Assembly (NCBI GenBank): GCA_965249485.1
Contig: OZ252239.1
Span: forward strand, 2,144,001 to 2,208,000
Origin: a bacterium
GTDB lineage: Bacteria > SM23-31
Length of the DNA: 64,000 nt
Direction of reading: 5' to 3'
This document shows, piece by piece, positions 59,597 to 64,000 of the stretch (its first letter is position 1; every line of letters begins with the position of its first letter). The position numbers and the translations under genes were made by a program. Below the pieces are notes generated by a model that was not told the DNA's origin, made no database searches, and saw nothing but the letters and a program-made list of their open reading frames with translations.

Positions 59597-60559
59597 ATGG
59601 ATAATGTAAGTCTGAAACAGAAAATCGGAGAGCGCATTACCCGGTTTTTTGTTATTAAGGATATTGAGATGAGGACTAAAAAAACGGACAACCAGCCCTA
59701 TCTAGTATTAGAACTTGGCTACGATAAAGGTCGAATTTGGTCTAATATTTGGGAAAACACGGAAGATTTTCTAGAAGAGTATAATACCGGAGATGTTGTA
59801 AAGATTCAAGGAGTACTCGATCAATACAAAGAACAGACACAAATAAAAATTGATAAAATCAGAAAAAGTGTTGCCTCTGATGATGTGCGACCGGATGAAT
59901 ATCTCCCTTCATATAGTGGAGATATATCCATTTTAGAAAAAGAACTTTCCCAATCTGTTAAATCCATAAAGAATAGACATCTTAATATCTTGTGTGATTC
60001 AGTGCTGCTCAAGGGTGATTTTTCAAAACGGTTTTGCGTTGCGCCGGGAGGAAAGCTCTGGCACCACGGATACATTGGGGGTCTGTTGGAACACACACTT
60101 GCAGTCACAAAAATTTGCGATATTGTTGCAGCACATTACGACTATATCAATGCCGACCTCTTACATGCTGCAGCACTGCTTCATGATATTGGTAAAGCCG
60201 ACACCTACACGATAACACCCTATATCGATTATACTGACGAAGGTCGACTGACAGGTCATATAGTGATCGGTTACGAGCAAGTTAAAAACGAAATTCGGTC
60301 AATTGAGGGATTTCCAGAAGAGCTTTCCAAACAATTGCTGCACTTGATCTTGAGCCATCAGGGCGAACTTGAAAAAGCCTCACCAGTCGTGCCCATGATA
60401 TCCGAAGGAATTATTCTCCATTATGCTGATGAAATTGATTCAAAATTGAATGCGATGAAAAGAATCGCGGATGATCAGAAAACCGACCGGAATAGATGGA
60501 GCAACTATGTAAATCTTTTGGATAGGTTTCTCTATTTCGGTGAAGCAGATGCAGAATAA
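59597..60559 (+). CDS. yhaM: 3'-5' exoribonuclease YhaM-like (OB fold + HD domain)
   Basis: HHGYIGGLLEHT, LLHDIGK, GRLTGHI, ILSHQG, HYADEIDSK. Confidence 0.88.
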   Translation: MDNVSLKQKIGERITRFFVIKDIEMRTKKTDNQPYLVLELGYDKGRIWSNIWENTEDFLEEYNTGDVVKIQGVLDQYKEQTQIKIDKIRKSVASDDVRPDEYLPSYSGDISILEKELSQSVKSIKNRHLNILCDSVLLKGDFSKRFCVAPGGKLWHHGYIGGLLEHTLAVTKICDIVAAHYDYINADLLHAAALLHDIGKADTYTITPYIDYTDEGRLTGHIVIGYEQVKNEIRSIEGFPEELSKQLLHLILSHQGELEKASPVVPMISEGIILHYADEIDSKLNAMKRIADDQKTDRNRWSNYVNLLDRFLYFGEADAE

Positions 60560-60628
60560 GATAAATCCGGGTAATTTTTATATGAAAATATTTTAATAGT
60601 ATTTTGACGTGCACTTGATTAAAACTCT

Positions 60629-60729
60629 TCAGAAGATTTCTTTCCAAGTGGCAATACAACCCTCACTTTCAAGTCCTTTTTTTATAAACGATTCGACTTT
60701 TCTTCATCTCCTGCGACTAATACTTGCAT
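60629..60729 (-). pseudogene. Remnant of an OmpR-type response-regulator N-terminus
   Basis: With one A restored: MQVLVAGDEEKVESFIKKGLESEGCIATW, resembling the typical receiver start MRILVVEDE.KVA.FIKKGLEEEG. Confidence 0.55.
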
Positions 60730-61129
60730 ATCGCATGTAGCGGTAAAGATATACTGAAAATAAATTGAAATTCGAAATTAAGTAACTTCCAAGACTTTGA
60801 ATTTAGAGTTGTTTGTGCAATACAACTTGTCCCAAAAAAAATCGAATGTGATAGCTAATTCTTGAAATAATATACTGATTATTCAATAGCTTAGAAAATT
60901 GCATTATTGAAATCTCTCTGTAATATTCTATAAATATTAAGGTAATTTATTAGTTTTGTCAATTAATCTATATAAATCATTGAATTAAATTAAATGATAG
61001 TTGTATTACAGTATCAATGATATTATGAAAGCATTTATTGGCAAATCTATAATGAGTCTTGTTCGACATGCTGACTGGGGATTCAAAGGAGTAATACGAA
61101 GATTACACTAAAAAGAGAGGTTTTCTTTC

Positions 61130-62428
61130 ATGAAAAATCGGTTTGCCGCTATAGCTGCAATCGTAATAGTGGAACTATTACTGCTGATAGGAATAACATC
61201 TACAACAGTATTCGCACAAAGTAATGAAAATGGGACAGCGAAGCGTGATTTGGCTTTAAAAGTCTTTCTCGATAGATTCAGACGATATGACGATTTCTTA
61301 ATTCAGAATATCCCGTATGTTAATTTTGTAAGAGATACGCGTCAGGCAGAACTCTATGTACTCATGACGAGTCAGGATACCGGTGGTGGTACTGAATACA
61401 CCCTGACATTTATCGGTCAGGAAACCTACTCGGGTCAAAACGATACTCTGACCTATTTTTCCGATCAGAATAATACTGATGATGAAAACCGTTCAAACAT
61501 ACTCAAAAAGGTTCAATTGGGTATGCTGTCTTATGTGTCAAATACACCTTTTGCTGAAGATTTAGTGATATCCTTTGAGCCTGAGACTGATGAGCAGGTA
61601 CTAGAAGTTAAAGAAGACAAATGGAATTACTGGGTCTTCAGAATTAATGCCAGTGCTGATATCTCCAGTGAAGAGTCTAGGAAACGGTATGAATTGGAGG
61701 GAAATATATCGGCAAACAGGATTACTGAGGACTGGAAATTTCGTCTTAATTATAATCCGGAATATAATGAAAGTGAAGACAAAACCGAAGATGAGGTGTT
61801 CAGATCATTTACTCGTGAGAACGATTTTCGTGGTCTCTTTGTTAAGAGCGTCAACGATCACTGGTCGGTCGGTCTCAATACTGAAGTGATATCCGATACA
61901 AGAATCAATACACGATATTCACTTGGAGCAGCACCTGCTATAGAATACAACATTTTCCCATACGAATTGTCAACGAGAAAACAATTCCGGTTTCTTTACA
62001 GTCTCTGGGCAAAAACGGTAGATTACCGCGCTGAAACAATATTTAATAAAGATAACGAAACTCTTTATTTTACTACCTTATCAATAGATGCAGAAATGTT
62101 TGAGAGGTGGGGTACTTTTGAAACGAGACTAGAGGGGACACTTTTTCTCCATGACGTCAGTTTTAATAAAGTGGACTGGTTTACCTCATTGAACATCAGA
62201 CTTTATGAAGGACTGTCGCTACGGTTGTTCGGAAATGTTGCACTGATACATGACCAGTTATTCATTTCCAAAGAGGATATTCCCATTGAAGATATATTGC
62301 TCCGGAGAAAGCAGCTCAAAACAAATTGGGAATATAGCACTTCCATCGGTCTTACCTATACTTTCGGATCACCATACAACAATATCGTCAATCCCCGGTT
62401 TGGGGACAGAGATGGCGGTCGGCGCTGA
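61130..62428 (+). CDS. Hypothetical exported protein, probable outer-membrane beta-barrel
   Basis: Signal peptide; VNFVRD, DKWNYWVF, many amphipathic strands, YTFGS.YNNIVNPRFG end. Confidence 0.7.
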   Translation: MKNRFAAIAAIVIVELLLLIGITSTTVFAQSNENGTAKRDLALKVFLDRFRRYDDFLIQNIPYVNFVRDTRQAELYVLMTSQDTGGGTEYTLTFIGQETYSGQNDTLTYFSDQNNTDDENRSNILKKVQLGMLSYVSNTPFAEDLVISFEPETDEQVLEVKEDKWNYWVFRINASADISSEESRKRYELEGNISANRITEDWKFRLNYNPEYNESEDKTEDEVFRSFTRENDFRGLFVKSVNDHWSVGLNTEVISDTRINTRYSLGAAPAIEYNIFPYELSTRKQFRFLYSLWAKTVDYRAETIFNKDNETLYFTTLSIDAEMFERWGTFETRLEGTLFLHDVSFNKVDWFTSLNIRLYEGLSLRLFGNVALIHDQLFISKEDIPIEDILLRRKQLKTNWEYSTSIGLTYTFGSPYNNIVNPRFGDRDGGRR

Positions 62429-62492
62429 TTCTCTCAAATTTAGTTAACGTTTCAAATGTTGTGTTTCTAGATTTATCGGGTACGTAGAATAT

Positions 62493-63254
62493 TTATGGAA
62501 ATTCTTTCGCCTCATTCCATAGTATATCCATCTCTTCGAGCGAAGCATCTTTTACTGAACTGCCATGCTCTTTGAGGGTTTTCTCAACATATTTAAAACG
62601 GCTTTCAAACTTTCTGATTGTTTTTCGAAGAGCATCTTCCGGATTGACCTCAATCTTTCTTGAAAAGTTAACAAGGGAAAACAGAAAATCGCCGAGTTCT
62701 TCTTCGATGGCTGCAGGTGATTCGTTCGATTTGATTGCCTCGTGAAACTCCTGAAGTTCTTCATCAATTTTTGCGACAACGTCATCCGGATTATCCCAGT
62801 CAAAACCTACACGTTCTGCTTTGCTCTGGATGCGGTAAGCTTTGATAAGAGCCGGAAGGTGTTTGGGGACACCGTCGAGTACAGATTTCTTTTTTCCTTC
62901 TTTCATCTTAATGTGTTCCCAATTTTGCAGTACCTCTTCCGTATTGTTTACCTTAGTATCACCGAATACATGTGGATGACGCTGAATAAGTTTATCCGCT
63001 ATAGCATTACAAACATCGGATATGGAGAATTTCTGCCGTTCTTCCGCAAGGAGAGAATGGAAGAGTACCTGACATAGGACATCGCCAAGTTCTTCGACCA
63101 AATTGTTGTCATTTTGAGTGTCAATTGCATCTATAACTTCGTAGGTCTCTTCGATAAAATATTGCCGGATCGATTCGTGTGTCTGCTTTCTGTCCCAGGG
63201 GCACTCAACCTTTACCCGGCGCATCACTTCAATGAGCCTGTCAAATTCTTTCAT
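62493..63254 (-). CDS. mazG: Nucleoside triphosphate pyrophosphohydrolase MazG
   Basis: CPWDRKQTHES, EELGDVL, RHPHVFG, VGFDW, EELGDFLF. Confidence 0.96.
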   Translation of the reverse strand: MKEFDRLIEVMRRVKVECPWDRKQTHESIRQYFIEETYEVIDAIDTQNDNNLVEELGDVLCQVLFHSLLAEERQKFSISDVCNAIADKLIQRHPHVFGDTKVNNTEEVLQNWEHIKMKEGKKKSVLDGVPKHLPALIKAYRIQSKAERVGFDWDNPDDVVAKIDEELQEFHEAIKSNESPAAIEEELGDFLFSLVNFSRKIEVNPEDALRKTIRKFESRFKYVEKTLKEHGSSVKDASLEEMDILWNEAKEFP

Positions 63255-63574
63255 AGATTATCCTATTTATTCTAGTGAAAATATACCGTTTCCACGTGTA
63301 GAGTTCATATGATAAATGATTAGTGAACAAGCAACAAATGGTAAAAATAGTTCTGTTAAAACACGTGGAAATTAGTATATTACTCCTAGAAAAACAATAG
63401 TAAAGTAGGTTTGATTATTGTAATTTTAAAAATATTATGTCTATAGAGAAACTTTTATAGGTTTTCACAGTATAAGTGTTTAAAAAATAAACATTTGAGA
63501 AACACAAAATTTCCAACTCGCCTATAATCGCCGTGGTAATCAGCAAAAATCAATTTTCTATCTTTAGAGATACG

Positions 63575-64000
63575 ATGAAACATTGTTTTCGTATTGTCAT
63601 CGCATTGATATGTATAACAGTTATTTTCAATCAGATTGTCTATGCTCAGAATGCAGTACAGGAAAGAAATGACTATCTTGTTGCGGTTACCGAAATGGAT
63701 GACGGCTTATACCAATCTGCCGAAATCAGCCTCAGAAGATTTCTCTCACGGTATGCCTCGAGTGAATTACGTGAGGAAGTCCTCTTCAGACTGGGACAGG
63801 TTGAGTTTTTTCTCGAAAAATATGAAGAGTCAAGAAAGTTTTTTAAGGAGTTTGAGATTTCATTCCCGTTCAGTGATTTTAAAGACCGGGCATACATAAT
63901 CATTGGCCATTCGTATTATAATGAGAAGGACTACGCGAATGCAGTGCAGTCTTTTTTAGAAGTTATAGAAAAATATCCCGAAAGCGACCAGATTGCAGAG
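63575..64000 (+). CDS. Secreted tetratricopeptide-repeat protein (truncated at window end)
   Basis: Manual translation: signal peptide, FLSRYASSELREEVLFRLG, FPFSDFKDRAYIIIGHSYY, VIEKYPES; frame open to 64000. Confidence 0.8.
   Translation, partial: MKHCFRIVIALICITVIFNQIVYAQNAVQERNDYLVAVTEMDDGLYQSAEISLRRFLSRYASSELREEVLFRLGQVEFFLEKYEESRKFFKEFEISFPFSDFKDRAYIIIGHSYYNEKDYANAVQSFLEVIEKYPESDQIAE

Noticed and set aside
59597..63254. yhaM (HD) and mazG as an anti-phage nucleotide-depletion system
   Set aside because: Both look like ordinary full-length housekeeping forms, lie on opposite strands, and have no defence-island context.
63285..63375. Possible parS sites (CACGTG cores)
   Set aside because: Flanks deviate strongly from TGTTTCACGTGAAACA.

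Overview
Bacterial chromosomal window, AT-rich overall. A PorX/PglZ-type regulator fused in operon to tsaE, plus Tat-exported Gfo/Idh/MocA and HEAT-repeat clusters, suggests an FCB-superphylum organism (possibly KSB1-like; this is inference). Four parts: (i) 1-19.3 kb, an accessory catabolic region with four Gfo/Idh/MocA oxidoreductases (one a GC-richer pseudogene), TIM-barrel/DUF1080 and ThuA proteins, a HEAT-repeat protein, MFS and SSS transporters, an amidohydrolase and an M24 peptidase. (ii) 19.5-39.6 kb, housekeeping: large SRP RNA-dnaX-ybaB-recR, porX-like-tsaE-tsaB-rimI-accD-surE-guaA, larE, pgeF, uppP, an NSS transporter with an unannotated small subunit, holA, and an ECF sigma/anti-sigma pair. 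(iii) 40.5-59.5 kb, an unusual type IV filament locus: sigma54-driven pilin, PilH/I/G-like ABC module, three nested GspG-like pilins (the largest ~630 aa with a duplicated domain, His/Trp-rich inserts and a 25-residue acidic tract), MerR + ExeA, a PilM-PilN fusion, PilO, PilP-like, secretin and PilT, then a 1070-aa Ig-repeat protein and two beta-barrels. Four genes of this locus carry single point lesions. (iv) yhaM, an outer-membrane protein, mazG and a partial TPR protein. dnaX has an A10 slippery run at the position where a gamma subunit would end. All family calls come from motif recognition by eye; no searches were run.
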